The notes beneath the pieces were generated by a model that saw nothing but the letters and a program-made list of their open reading frames with translations, did no database searches and was not told the DNA's origin. Positions 19,066 through 28,906 of a stretch of 64,000 nucleotides of DNA are shown here, one piece after another. The stretch covers positions 62,001-126,000 of the IMG/VR virus record IMGVR_UViG_3300034050_000451; one strand, given 5' to 3'. Position numbers and translations under genes: made by a program. Position 1 is the stretch's first letter. Every line of letters starts with the position of its first letter.

Positions 19066-19113
19066 TTATTTTTGTCCTATAATAATATATTCATAAACGA
19101 TGTAATCATTGTG

Positions 19114-19121
19114 TATAAATA
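19114..19121 (-). promoter_or_regulatory. Putative phage late promoter (TATTTATA)
   Basis: Recurrent motif in the intergenic gap. Confidence 0.55.
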
Positions 19122-19132
19122 TAAGTTTTAAT

Positions 19133-20902
19133 TTATTTACTAATTTTTTCCTCGTCTAACAAATTTGAATCATCTAAAAAGTCAACTTTTTCTTTTATAA
19201 TTTGTTTTTTTGATGATATTCCGTTAATGTATTCTTTTGCAATATTTGCATTAACTCTAACCGCTGAACTTTCTCTTTTCAGAGCTTTTTGGTTTTCTTT
19301 AGCTCCTAATGGGTCTCTACCATAAGGATGTTTATCTTTACCATAAGTATTACCCTCTCTTGGTCTACCACCTTCATCCTTTAATTCCGTTTTAAGTTTT
19401 TCCAAACTTTCTTCGATATCAGTTGGTTGTTGTGGCATTGCCGGGTCATTTCCTTCGTTTTCAATAGCGTTATATCTGAATCTATCTTTGAGGTCATTTA
19501 TCATTCCAGCTTTTTGTTGGTCTACCTCATCTTTACTCATATTGAATATATTTTCATATGCCCAATCTTTAGAAATCATATTTAATGCATTGATATCAGA
19601 AACTAATCTTACTTTCTCACTCCAAAGGTTTACTTTCTCTTGCTCATAGATTGTAGATGGATTTACCAATGATAATTCAAAATCAACCATATCAGCATCT
19701 TCGATACCTTGAGATGCTAAATGTACAATTGCCAATTTAGTAAGTTCGGATACCAATGTTCTTTGGATTCTCTCAATCGTTCTTGCAAATCTTACATCTT
19801 CTGCAGCAAGTGTTGCTTTACCATTTACATTCTCATCATACCCCAAATATGCTTTTGGAATTTTAAGAGCTGCAAACAATTTGTTTTTTAAGTAATCAAT
19901 ATCTTCAATAGCTGTGTATTGTAATCCACCTAATGAATCAATTTGAGTACCACTATCACCACCCCTAACAGGTAAGAAGAAATCTTCAGTTAAGTTTTGG
20001 ATATTATATTTTAAGTTATAATCACCACTATTCTTATCAACAAATGGAACTTTCTTCATTTTGTTGATAATCTTTTGCATGTAGTTATCCACTTCGTTTG
20101 GTGGAATATTACCAATATCAATTTTGAAAACTCTCTTATCCGGTGCTCTCATAATTCTATGAATTAACATAGCATCTTCCATAAGAGAAACTTGTTTCCA
20201 AATTCTTCTACCATTTTCAATCATTGCCTTACCATAAGGTAAGAAGTTGGTATCTGATAATAATCTAAAGTGTACTACTTCATAGTTCTCATATTCACCT
20301 TTTCCAATAGGGTCATGATTAACTTTGAACTTAACATAGTTTGGATTATTTGGGTCAGTATTTTCCAATCTTTCAGTTTCATAAACTGGAAGTGGTTGTA
20401 CATTAATAATACCATTACCTGGTTGTATTTCCACCGAAAGGAAAAAATCACCATACTTAACCATATTACGAGTCCATGCCCATAGGTTAAATTCAATATT
20501 TAAAATATCATAGAAAAGATTTTCTAATAATGCTTTTACTTTTTCGTTTTGAGTTTTGATTTGAATTACATCTCCAAATTCATTCTTTAATGTAGATTCA
20601 TCTGAGTATATATCTAATGCCGATGATATAATCGGGTCATTATCCATAGCATCATAATCTCTAAATAATTCTCTACGAACTTGATGGTATGCCATTGACT
20701 GTGCAGCCATTTGGTCACCAGCAAATCCTCTTTGTAATTTAGTGTACCTATCTCTAAGGTTCAATAAATTAGTACTTCCTTGCTGTCTGTCATCAACATC
20801 AACTACTTTTCTCTTCCCATCCTTGTCAATTTTGACTACGGCTTGAGTAGAAAAGAGTTTTGTTAATCTTTGAAAAAACGTACTTTGTTGTTGTTCTGCC
20901 AT
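19133..20902 (-). CDS. gp20: Portal protein (T4 gp20-like)
   Basis: MEDAMLIHRIMRAPDKRVFKIDIGN, EDFFLPVRGG and LFAALKIPK; start moved to MAEQQQ (20902) to avoid overlapping the upstream gene. Confidence 0.95.
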   Translation of the reverse strand: MAEQQQSTFFQRLTKLFSTQAVVKIDKDGKRKVVDVDDRQQGSTNLLNLRDRYTKLQRGFAGDQMAAQSMAYHQVRRELFRDYDAMDNDPIISSALDIYSDESTLKNEFGDVIQIKTQNEKVKALLENLFYDILNIEFNLWAWTRNMVKYGDFFLSVEIQPGNGIINVQPLPVYETERLENTDPNNPNYVKFKVNHDPIGKGEYENYEVVHFRLLSDTNFLPYGKAMIENGRRIWKQVSLMEDAMLIHRIMRAPDKRVFKIDIGNIPPNEVDNYMQKIINKMKKVPFVDKNSGDYNLKYNIQNLTEDFFLPVRGGDSGTQIDSLGGLQYTAIEDIDYLKNKLFAALKIPKAYLGYDENVNGKATLAAEDVRFARTIERIQRTLVSELTKLAIVHLASQGIEDADMVDFELSLVNPSTIYEQEKVNLWSEKVRLVSDINALNMISKDWAYENIFNMSKDEVDQQKAGMINDLKDRFRYNAIENEGNDPAMPQQPTDIEESLEKLKTELKDEGGRPREGNTYGKDKHPYGRDPLGAKENQKALKRESSAVRVNANIAKEYINGISSKKQIIKEKVDFLDDSNLLDEEKISK

Positions 20903-20933
20903 TTTTGTTTTTGTTTTTATAACCTTTATTAAT

Positions 20934-21341
20934 TTACCAAGCTTTACAACTCCAATACCTTGCTCCTGTTTTTGGACCAGGTGTATCACAATTGTGTCTT
21001 GCTCTAAATGATGCTCTTCGTTCTGGGTCTGATTTTTTAATTCTCATAGTTTCTTCACCTGCTGATTTTGCTGATGTTCCGCCATGCCCAAAATTTACTT
21101 TTACAACATTCCCTTTTGGATTGTTAACATATACTTTAAACTTCTTAACATCACCTCTCATCGGTTTATTGAGTTTTACCTCTCTTCCCTGATATTCGGC
21201 TTCGTTAACTTCCCCCTTTATGGTTTTTAAGAATTCTATGAATTCTTTTAAATCATCGTAGTTTTCAACATAATATTCAGTAACATCTTCTTCGAAAATG
21301 CCTCTGATTTCATTGTAAAGTTCTAAAGTATAATTTTCCAT
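20934..21341 (-). CDS. Conserved phage head-associated protein
   Basis: VNE-AEYQGREVKLNKP...KVNFG...SFRARHNC...ARYWSCKAW domain, common in T4-like phages. Confidence 0.7.
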   Translation of the reverse strand: MENYTLELYNEIRGIFEEDVTEYYVENYDDLKEFIEFLKTIKGEVNEAEYQGREVKLNKPMRGDVKKFKVYVNNPKGNVVKVNFGHGGTSAKSAGEETMRIKKSDPERRASFRARHNCDTPGPKTGARYWSCKAW

Positions 21342-21369
21342 ATATTTGACTAAATATTATCTAATACTA

Positions 21370-21377
21370 TATAAATA
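21370..21377 (-). promoter_or_regulatory. Putative phage late promoter (TATTTATA)
   Basis: Recurrent motif 28 nt upstream of the ATG at 21341. Confidence 0.6.
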
Positions 21378-21402
21378 TCATTTTATATAACTTTACATAA
21401 TT

Positions 21403-22989
21403 TTATAACCATTTACTTAAATCTTCAATACTACCATCCCCAACGTTCATTTGCCAAGGATTACTATCCATATCGTTACCACCATAAACACCACTATAAG
21501 TATATGATGATATACTGTTAATAGCTTGTTTTGTTAAATCAATACCCTCTTGTCTTAATCTAAGTGATGTATCTCTAACCCAAAGTGATATGGCTAATGC
21601 CATCGTAAGGTCATCATTATAACCACGCATTGCCTCAGCTCTACCATTGTTCCAAATGAATGTAAATAACTCATCTATGGTTCTTACTGAACGGATTATG
21701 ATTGATTTTTCTCTTACATACTCCTCCAACTTTGAAATAATCAAAGGTCGGGTTCTTGATGTGGTTGAGAATCCAGCTACCATACTTCTATCCTCCGAAC
21801 GATATTTGTTTGATAATTGATTATCCACATCCACATATTTTAAATCTCGAGATGTATAATACAAATTAGTATATCCCCTATCCAATACTTGTTGAATAGC
21901 TGCCCAACCAATATTTGCGTTTTCAATTACCAATAGTGCGTTGTTATATTCGGTTGCTAATGATACTAAGAAATTTCCAAAATCCTTTGTATCCAACTTA
22001 CCTCTATATTCTGCTACTTGCGCAGATGCTTCAACATCAATAACGTGTGCGGTAGAGTAATCCGAAGAATCTCCCCTCGAAACGTCAGCTGATACTATGT
22101 AAGTTTTATTATAGTTAGGATATTCCCATCTCCAAAGGTTTCCATCAAATCCACCTTTTTCTACTGGGTCTTGCACAAATGTTTCTTTATAAAATTGTAG
22201 GAGTTGTGGTTCGATTACACTATCTCCAGAAGATACGAAATCACAATCACACTCTTGAGCTGCTCCCTTTGTTCCTAATAGAACCTCTTGTTCATCTCGC
22301 CAAGCTTGCTCTCTTTCAGGATGTACACTCCAATGGATTCTAATATTATTAAATGAGTTTGTTCCATCTTCAGAACCTACCCAAGTTTTGTGGAAAAAGT
22401 TTCCAACACCATTTGGTGTAGAAAGGATAATTGCGTTACCCCCAGTTGATAATGTAGATTGTGCAGATACCCATATATCTTCAATCTTATCGATAAATGC
22501 CGCCTCATCAAATACTAATAAAGATAGTGCTTCAGAACGACCAGCATCACTAGCAGCAGATGTTGCTTTGATTTGAGAGCCGTTTGCATATCTAAGTGAT
22601 AATTTGTTATCCTCCACCGTTGTTAGTTTTAACCAACTTGGTAGATATTGATTCATAACCCTTACCTTAGTTACTAAGTTTTTAGCAACCTCTTGCTTTG
22701 TTGCAATAACCAATACGTTAAAATCATCATTAAATAGCATTTTCCAAAGTGAGAAACCAGCAGTCAATGTTGAGATACCAGTTTGTCTTGATTTTAGAAT
22801 AATATTATAACGATGGTCTTTAAACTGAGTTAGTGTATCTTCTTGAAACGGAAAAAGGTGAAAGGGTATTTTACCTTTCACCGGATGTTGAATCATACAA
22901 TATTTTCGCATGAAGTATATCGGGTCTTTTGCACACTTTTGATATTCTTCAGCAATAATTTGTTTTAATGATTTCTTTACTTCAGCCAT
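21403..22989 (-). CDS. gp17: Terminase large subunit (T4 gp17-like)
   Basis: Walker A KSRQTGIST, Walker B LLVFDEAAF, STPNG, and nuclease motifs ADVSRG...DYS and NDDLTMA. Confidence 0.95.
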   Translation of the reverse strand: MAEVKKSLKQIIAEEYQKCAKDPIYFMRKYCMIQHPVKGKIPFHLFPFQEDTLTQFKDHRYNIILKSRQTGISTLTAGFSLWKMLFNDDFNVLVIATKQEVAKNLVTKVRVMNQYLPSWLKLTTVEDNKLSLRYANGSQIKATSAASDAGRSEALSLLVFDEAAFIDKIEDIWVSAQSTLSTGGNAIILSTPNGVGNFFHKTWVGSEDGTNSFNNIRIHWSVHPEREQAWRDEQEVLLGTKGAAQECDCDFVSSGDSVIEPQLLQFYKETFVQDPVEKGGFDGNLWRWEYPNYNKTYIVSADVSRGDSSDYSTAHVIDVEASAQVAEYRGKLDTKDFGNFLVSLATEYNNALLVIENANIGWAAIQQVLDRGYTNLYYTSRDLKYVDVDNQLSNKYRSEDRSMVAGFSTTSRTRPLIISKLEEYVREKSIIIRSVRTIDELFTFIWNNGRAEAMRGYNDDLTMALAISLWVRDTSLRLRQEGIDLTKQAINSISSYTYSGVYGGNDMDSNPWQMNVGDGSIEDLSKWL

Positions 22990-22992
22990 AAA

Positions 22993-23412
22993 TTACTTTA
23001 TTAAAAGGACTGTAGTTGCAATTATTCCAACAATTGAAGTTACCTTATAAAATCCAGTTTTAAACTTCTGTCCTTTTAGTTCTTTTATTAAACTTTCCGA
23101 TTTTTGTCTCTCTAATGAAAACTGCTCATCCTTTTTAGTAATGATTAATTCTAAGTTTCCAATCTTTTCGTTTTTAAGAGTATCCTTTTGTTTAAATAAA
23201 CTTATTTGTTCATCTTTAAGTAATACTGTTTTATTTAATTCAACAATCTCCAATTTAGCTCCATCAAAACGAATTAGGTCTTGATAAACTAATCTAGCAA
23301 TTTTTGTTGGTAAAACTACAACACTTGTATCTTTCTTAGTTAGCGTATCTTTCTGTGAATAAGCGCTCGAGCTCAATGTTACCAATAGTAGCAACGTTAT
23401 TAACTTTCTCAT
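22993..23412 (-). CDS. Secreted coiled-coil protein with C-terminal hydrophobic segment (spanin-like?)
   Basis: Signal peptide MRKLITLLLLVTLSSSAYS/Q, coiled coil, C-terminal VTSIVGIIATTVLLIK; overlaps the upstream membrane-anchored gene. Confidence 0.55.
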   Translation of the reverse strand: MRKLITLLLLVTLSSSAYSQKDTLTKKDTSVVVLPTKIARLVYQDLIRFDGAKLEIVELNKTVLLKDEQISLFKQKDTLKNEKIGNLELIITKKDEQFSLERQKSESLIKELKGQKFKTGFYKVTSIVGIIATTVLLIK

Positions 23413-23674
23413 CTGTATTATTTTTAATTATAGTTATGTTTTTTGTTACTTGTTGAATATCTTTATCTACATTAGAGATATGTGTATCAACTAAATCAAT
23501 TTGAGTATCTATCAAATCATTTTTTGTATAAACCGAATCAATATCCTTTTGGATTGAATCAATTTTTTGATTATAGCCAGCTATATCAGTTTTAATTTGG
23601 CTGGTTGTAAATATACTCCACCCTATTAACACTGCGATAATAACCAATAAAATTACCAATTTGTTGTCTTTCAT
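23336..23674 (-). CDS. N-terminally anchored coiled-coil membrane protein (i-spanin-like?)
   Basis: MKDNKLVILLVIIAVLIGWSIF transmembrane segment then heptad repeats; start placed at 23674. Confidence 0.55.
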   Translation of the reverse strand: MKDNKLVILLVIIAVLIGWSIFTTSQIKTDIAGYNQKIDSIQKDIDSVYTKNDLIDTQIDLVDTHISNVDKDIQQVTKNITIIKNNTDEKVNNVATIGNIELERLFTERYAN

Positions 23675-23684
23675 ATTATTAAAT

Positions 23685-24362
23685 TTAAAGTTTTGAAACC
23701 AATTCATAATTCTTATCTTTTAATAATTCATATGCTGCGTTTCGTTTTTCTATAACTTCGATAAGTTCCAACTTACCACTATCAATATCTTTTTGTATTT
23801 CAGTTTTTAACTGCTCTACATCTTTATCATTTTGCCATCTTTCAACTGAGCCATCTTCGTTTACATACTCATGTATATTGGATACCTCTTTATATGCGTT
23901 GTTTAATTTTTCCAAAACATCCGTACCATAAGCTGCCATATTTGAATAAATTCTATATTCACTATATGCTTCCCATAAACCATCTTGTTTTATTTGAAAT
24001 TCTCGTCTAGCTAAACAGCCAGCACAATATCCAGTCTTTGAAATTAACTTCTTATCTGCATTTGAGTAGTTACCACTAACATCACAATCATTTGATTTAC
24101 AACTTGAAATTTGTTGTAAATAATTTCTAACTTCAGACATGGTATCACTACTCTTAGATTGTCTTACTCTACCATATTCTTTTTGTTCCCAAAGATAACC
24201 ATCTTTATCTTCCCAAATATCTCCAATGGTTCTGGAAACTTCCTCTTTTATATTAGAGAATCCAACTTGCGTATTTTTTTCGTATTCACCAGTCTGAACC
24301 ATATCAGCCAACTTTCTACGAGTTGGATGCATGAAACTTTTCTTAAATTCTGTATTAGCCAT
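23685..24362 (-). CDS. Hypothetical protein with a Cys cluster
   Basis: IGDIWEDKDGYLWEQKEYG, CxxxxC...CxxC. Confidence 0.65.
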   Translation of the reverse strand: MANTEFKKSFMHPTRRKLADMVQTGEYEKNTQVGFSNIKEEVSRTIGDIWEDKDGYLWEQKEYGRVRQSKSSDTMSEVRNYLQQISSCKSNDCDVSGNYSNADKKLISKTGYCAGCLARREFQIKQDGLWEAYSEYRIYSNMAAYGTDVLEKLNNAYKEVSNIHEYVNEDGSVERWQNDKDVEQLKTEIQKDIDSGKLELIEVIEKRNAAYELLKDKNYELVSKL

Positions 24363-24386
24363 AAATTGTTCTTATATATTCATATA

Positions 24387-24394
24387 TATAAGTA
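24387..24394 (-). promoter_or_regulatory. Putative phage late promoter (TACTTATA)
   Basis: Recurrent motif upstream of 24362. Confidence 0.55.
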
Positions 24395-24406
24395 TTGAAT
24401 TTTTTA

Positions 24407-27400
24407 CTATTCGTAAAATAATCCAAGAATTTGATTTAATGGTGCAAATGTACCTGTTAGTTTCATTGTATTTCCATTGTACACAAATACGATACCTTCG
24501 TTTGGAACTATTTTATCTTTTCCACCAATAGCGTTTAATCTTTGTAATTCCATTTTAAGTTTTGCTATCTTCTTTTCATCACCACCAGTCTTAACATCTG
24601 ATATAGTTTTATCTAATCTATCCTTCATAGCTCTAACCGCAGAATCAGGGTTTGCTGTAAGTACTGAACTCATAAATGAAAGTACTTCAGAGCCAACACC
24701 CAAAAATATATCCTCAAAAGGTCTAATATTATCCTTTGCTATCTTAGCGTGGTCATTCTTATCAATACCAGTTGCCCAACTTAATACTTTAGCATCGGTA
24801 ATGTTTTTATTGTCTAAACGGAATGATTTATCATAGAATGCCCATCTCTTAACCAATCCCATTAGAGTTCTATTATCAATCGGAGATGGTGATTTCTTAG
24901 TTACAAAATCAGTCCACCATGCTTGATGATAATCAGCAATACCATCCGTATCGGATAGTTTAAACTTAGATTGTAGTTTTGTAATCTGTCCACTATATTT
25001 TCCTTTTAATGAAGTTAAGTTTTTTGATTGTGGTAACTTAACAACTGGAGGTCCTTGTATTGTATAAGCCGATTGTACGTTTTGATTTACTTGCTTAATC
25101 ATACCAGCCAAAACTTTAGCTGCTTCTTGATTTTCACCAATTGCTATACCAGCTTCATTATATTCCATTGTTCCATGAAATACTAATAGTGCTTGTCCAT
25201 AAGGAATTACATTTACCGAAGTTGGATATATTACCTCCAAATTCATAAAACATGCACCATTCTTAAAAACTTTTTCTCTTTGTTTTTCTGAAAGTGATTT
25301 TATTGCTTTTGATAAATCACTCATAGCAAAGTTGTATGCTTTTTCTAACTCACCTCTTCCGGCAAACTTAGTAGCTACTCCATTTATATCCAATGCCTTC
25401 TCACCTCTATTAGCTAGATGTCCTTTGTTTCTAGCAGCAACTAATCTTCCATTCACCCAACTGATTGCTAATGCTTGTCCATCAGTTTTTTCTCTTGTCA
25501 ATTCCAACTTACCTTCTAATGCACGATTCACAATATCTTTAAGTTGTCCAAATGTTAAGTTAATTTCAGTATCAAATGGATGATTCATATGTCCATACGC
25601 ACCACCTTCAGTTAATAACCCCTCAGTTATGTTTGGGTTATTATCAGTTCCACATTTGTGACACATATAGGTATCACTTCCACCTTCAGAAATTTTCCAA
25701 CTCCAACCACAATTATCACAAATTACTTTACCATTTTCTACTCTTTCACTAATCCCACCACCCAATGCGTATGGTTCGTTATATTGTAATTTCTCAGCGT
25801 TAAATTTCTTTCTTAATCTTTTAAGAACTTCTTTATGTTTATCAATCCATGCTTGGTCTGGGTAACCCATTCCAATTCCTTCAAATGCTGATTTGGTTTT
25901 TACTTTATACCAACCACCACCCGGTGTTCTGAATATTCTTGCAGGTATTTCTAATATTCCATTTGATGGTAATTTAGAATGATACTTTGAATCAATATGA
26001 ACAACCTTTACAATGAATACTTTTTTCTTATTATCAGCTCCAATCAATTCAACTTCTAATGGAACTGCTACTCCACCTATTTTAAGTTTACCACCAAAGA
26101 TATTACCTTTAGTGTATGCTTCTTCTACTGATTTTTTAACCATTTCATATCCTTTATCTTCGGTATCCTTTGTATTTGTTTGATGACCAGGTTCTGTTTT
26201 TTTACTATCATCAAAATCAATTGTATCCAATTCTGCACCATATCCCATATCAGGTGTATATGTTCCCGATTTGTGATGTTGTAAAAAATTATGGTCTATT
26301 GTACCATCCGATTTATGATTTTTTGAATTAATATTTTCATTTTTACTTATTTCAATTGCTCTTAATTGCTTAAGTGCTTTCTCTTTAGTATCATGTGTTC
26401 CTAATCTATCACCACCATCCTTTGGATATACCACCCACTTACCATCAATATGTTTGATTGTTTCAACAGTCAATTTCATTGATTCTTTGCTTCTAAAATC
26501 TCTAGTTCCACCTTTATTATCTTTAAATCCGAATGATTTATAGAATTGGATTAATCTTCCCTTAGAACCCCCAAAATCAGATGATGGAGTTAAGAATACA
26601 TCTTTTTTGGTTTTCTTTGCATAAGTAATAATATCATTCATTACTTTTGTACCAATACCCTCACTTCTTTTTTCTTTTGGAACAACTATTCTGTGAATTT
26701 CTAAGTATTCTGGATATTCATATACATCCAATTCCACACCATGTTTTTTCCCCAAATGAGAGTCTAACGTTTCAGCAATTACTGATTCAAATTTATATTC
26801 AGGTGTTGTTGTTTTGAATTCACCTTTTCTCATTATAGTTTTTGCAATAGCTTTATTAGCTTGAAGCATAAATGGTATATTGATATTAGTTCTATTATCC
26901 TTTGCTACAACTTGGTTGTATTGAGTTAAGAATTCAACAAATTTCTTTTTATTTCTACCTAATCTTTTAAAGAACCCAGTTAGTTCTGCTGCTGATATTT
27001 CCTTACCATTTCTCGTATCATTTAATCTATCGAAAAAATGTTTATCAGTAAGAACGATATCAATTGGATTTAATTGTCTATCAGCGTATTTATCAATTTG
27101 TTGTAAATCAGCCATTGGGATTTCGTTAATTACCGATTCGTTTTTACCAGTATCTGCTTTTTTAGCAGCAACACCAATTTCTTCTGCAAATTTATTTGAC
27201 ATTGGTATCACATCCTTTATATCGGCATCAATAACAATAACTTTCATATTAGCAGGTTTCCCATCTCTAATTGCGTTTGTTGTTACAGCTGCCCAACGAT
27301 GATGACCATCCACTACATATCCATCTCTACTTACATAGATTGGAGCAGTAATCTTTGGATGATTCGGGTCATTCTCTAATGCCTTTGCCATACCAGCTAC

Positions 27401-28879
27401 CTTTGCACCAACTAATTCAGATTGAGTTGCTTTTAGAGAATCCGATGGTAATTCAGTTTGGATAGTTTTAATACCCTTTCTTTTCAATAGTTCTCTAAAC
27501 ATTGGTTCCGTATCAACTTCACCATTTATATCTTTTTCCATACTTGCCGCAGGTGAACCTTCGGTTGGTTTGCCTTTAAATTGTGGCATTTCCTCACGAG
27601 GAATTCCAGCATTACCAGCACAATATAAGTTTGTTCCAGCTACAGTTATTTTACATAAATTGTAATTAGGAGCTGCTTCACCATTTTCTTTTGCCTGATT
27701 TGTTAGTTGAACCAACTTATCAATCTGCATTGAAATTTCTCTTTGTTGCTTATTTGAAATTTTAGGAATATCCGATTCTGAACTAAATGTATCTGAATCT
27801 GCTTTTGGTAATACCTTAGTTACATTATCTAATGCAACATTTGGTATTTCAGTTTTGGGTTTTTCTTTTTGCTTAACATCAGGTGCATGTTTAAACATAT
27901 CCGAACCGGCTACTTTAGTTCCTTTAGATGGTTCCGATTTTGTATCACTAGCTCCATCTATTTTAACATACTTACCACCATCATTCTTTGAAAAAGATGG
28001 AGAAGATTCATCATCCTCTTTACCTTTTTGTTTATACACACCATGTCCAATATGAGTGTATTTGGAATCATCATTTTCATCTTCAAAGATTACTTGATAT
28101 CCTTCCTTTATCATTCTAAAAGTTGCTACCTTTTTACCATTGATAGTTGGCATTCCATGTTCATCTTTTCCAATAGTTTTTACAATAACTTTTTTATTTT
28201 TAAATCTACCCATTAAAATGGTATCTCCGATTTCAACATCTAATGTAATACCTTCATCTAAATTAATTGATTCTGGTAATTTGGAAAGTTTATCAACAAC
28301 CATATCAAAAATTGATTGATTGAATTTACCATAAGCTTTCTTTACAAAGAAATCTTTTTTATCCTCAGTACTACCTTTTTTTAAACCAATCCTAACATCA
28401 GTACCACTAATTGCATTTGGTTGTGCTGGTGATATAAAAACATACCCCCTATCAGCATATCCTTCCAATTCAATACTATCTTTGTATTTTTCAAAATACT
28501 TCCCACCCAAACGACTTGAATCTTTCTCACCAACCACAGTTATAAATGCAGTAGTTTCTTTATTGAATTTGCTTAGGATTTCAGTTGGAGCATAGGGATT
28601 TTTGACCTGAGCTATTTTGTTTGATGGGATACCAAACATAGTGGTCATTACCTTTACTTTCTCCTTAAAATTGAATGGGGATTTTTGATTGTCTGTTTTA
28701 TCAGAGGTTCCGATATAAACATTATTTTTTCCAAACTTTTTTACTAATGTTTGGTAAGTAGCGAAGTGCCCTTTATGAAAAGGTTGAAAGCGACCAGAGT
28801 AAACAACAACTAAGTCCTTTACACTGCTCGCTTCTCCTAATAATATACTCTCTACTAAAAACTTTGATAAATCACTCAT
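24407..28879 (-). CDS. Multidomain (polyvalent) protein: HIGH nucleotidyltransferase, ParB/Srx-like, GNAT, Zn-ribbon and ATP-dependent ligase-like domains
   Basis: GRFQPFHKGH; VVDGHHRWAA; VPKEKRSEGIGTKVM...FYKSFGF; CDNC...CHKC; EKTDG...EGIVF...MKLTG. Confidence 0.8.
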   Translation of the reverse strand: MSDLSKFLVESILLGEASSVKDLVVVYSGRFQPFHKGHFATYQTLVKKFGKNNVYIGTSDKTDNQKSPFNFKEKVKVMTTMFGIPSNKIAQVKNPYAPTEILSKFNKETTAFITVVGEKDSSRLGGKYFEKYKDSIELEGYADRGYVFISPAQPNAISGTDVRIGLKKGSTEDKKDFFVKKAYGKFNQSIFDMVVDKLSKLPESINLDEGITLDVEIGDTILMGRFKNKKVIVKTIGKDEHGMPTINGKKVATFRMIKEGYQVIFEDENDDSKYTHIGHGVYKQKGKEDDESSPSFSKNDGGKYVKIDGASDTKSEPSKGTKVAGSDMFKHAPDVKQKEKPKTEIPNVALDNVTKVLPKADSDTFSSESDIPKISNKQQREISMQIDKLVQLTNQAKENGEAAPNYNLCKITVAGTNLYCAGNAGIPREEMPQFKGKPTEGSPAASMEKDINGEVDTEPMFRELLKRKGIKTIQTELPSDSLKATQSELVGAKVAGMAKALENDPNHPKITAPIYVSRDGYVVDGHHRWAAVTTNAIRDGKPANMKVIVIDADIKDVIPMSNKFAEEIGVAAKKADTGKNESVINEIPMADLQQIDKYADRQLNPIDIVLTDKHFFDRLNDTRNGKEISAAELTGFFKRLGRNKKKFVEFLTQYNQVVAKDNRTNINIPFMLQANKAIAKTIMRKGEFKTTTPEYKFESVIAETLDSHLGKKHGVELDVYEYPEYLEIHRIVVPKEKRSEGIGTKVMNDIITYAKKTKKDVFLTPSSDFGGSKGRLIQFYKSFGFKDNKGGTRDFRSKESMKLTVETIKHIDGKWVVYPKDGGDRLGTHDTKEKALKQLRAIEISKNENINSKNHKSDGTIDHNFLQHHKSGTYTPDMGYGAELDTIDFDDSKKTEPGHQTNTKDTEDKGYEMVKKSVEEAYTKGNIFGGKLKIGGVAVPLEVELIGADNKKKVFIVKVVHIDSKYHSKLPSNGILEIPARIFRTPGGGWYKVKTKSAFEGIGMGYPDQAWIDKHKEVLKRLRKKFNAEKLQYNEPYALGGGISERVENGKVICDNCGWSWKISEGGSDTYMCHKCGTDNNPNITEGLLTEGGAYGHMNHPFDTEINLTFGQLKDIVNRALEGKLELTREKTDGQALAISWVNGRLVAARNKGHLANRGEKALDINGVATKFAGRGELEKAYNFAMSDLSKAIKSLSEKQREKVFKNGACFMNLEVIYPTSVNVIPYGQALLVFHGTMEYNEAGIAIGENQEAAKVLAGMIKQVNQNVQSAYTIQGPPVVKLPQSKNLTSLKGKYSGQITKLQSKFKLSDTDGIADYHQAWWTDFVTKKSPSPIDNRTLMGLVKRWAFYDKSFRLDNKNITDAKVLSWATGIDKNDHAKIAKDNIRPFEDIFLGVGSEVLSFMSSVLTANPDSAVRAMKDRLDKTISDVKTGGDEKKIAKLKMELQRLNAIGGKDKIVPNEGIVFVYNGNTMKLTGTFAPLNQILGLFYE

Positions 28880-28906
28880 TATATGATAATTATTTCTCTT
28901 ATACCA

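Noticed and set aside
20903-20989. N-terminal extension of the portal ORF in the track
   Set aside because: It overlaps the upstream 135-aa gene; MAEQQQ at 20902 follows an A-rich leader and is the more plausible start
18187-24362. Small terminase assignment for the 292-aa or 225-aa ORF
   Set aside because: There is no recognisable motif, and position alone is insufficient
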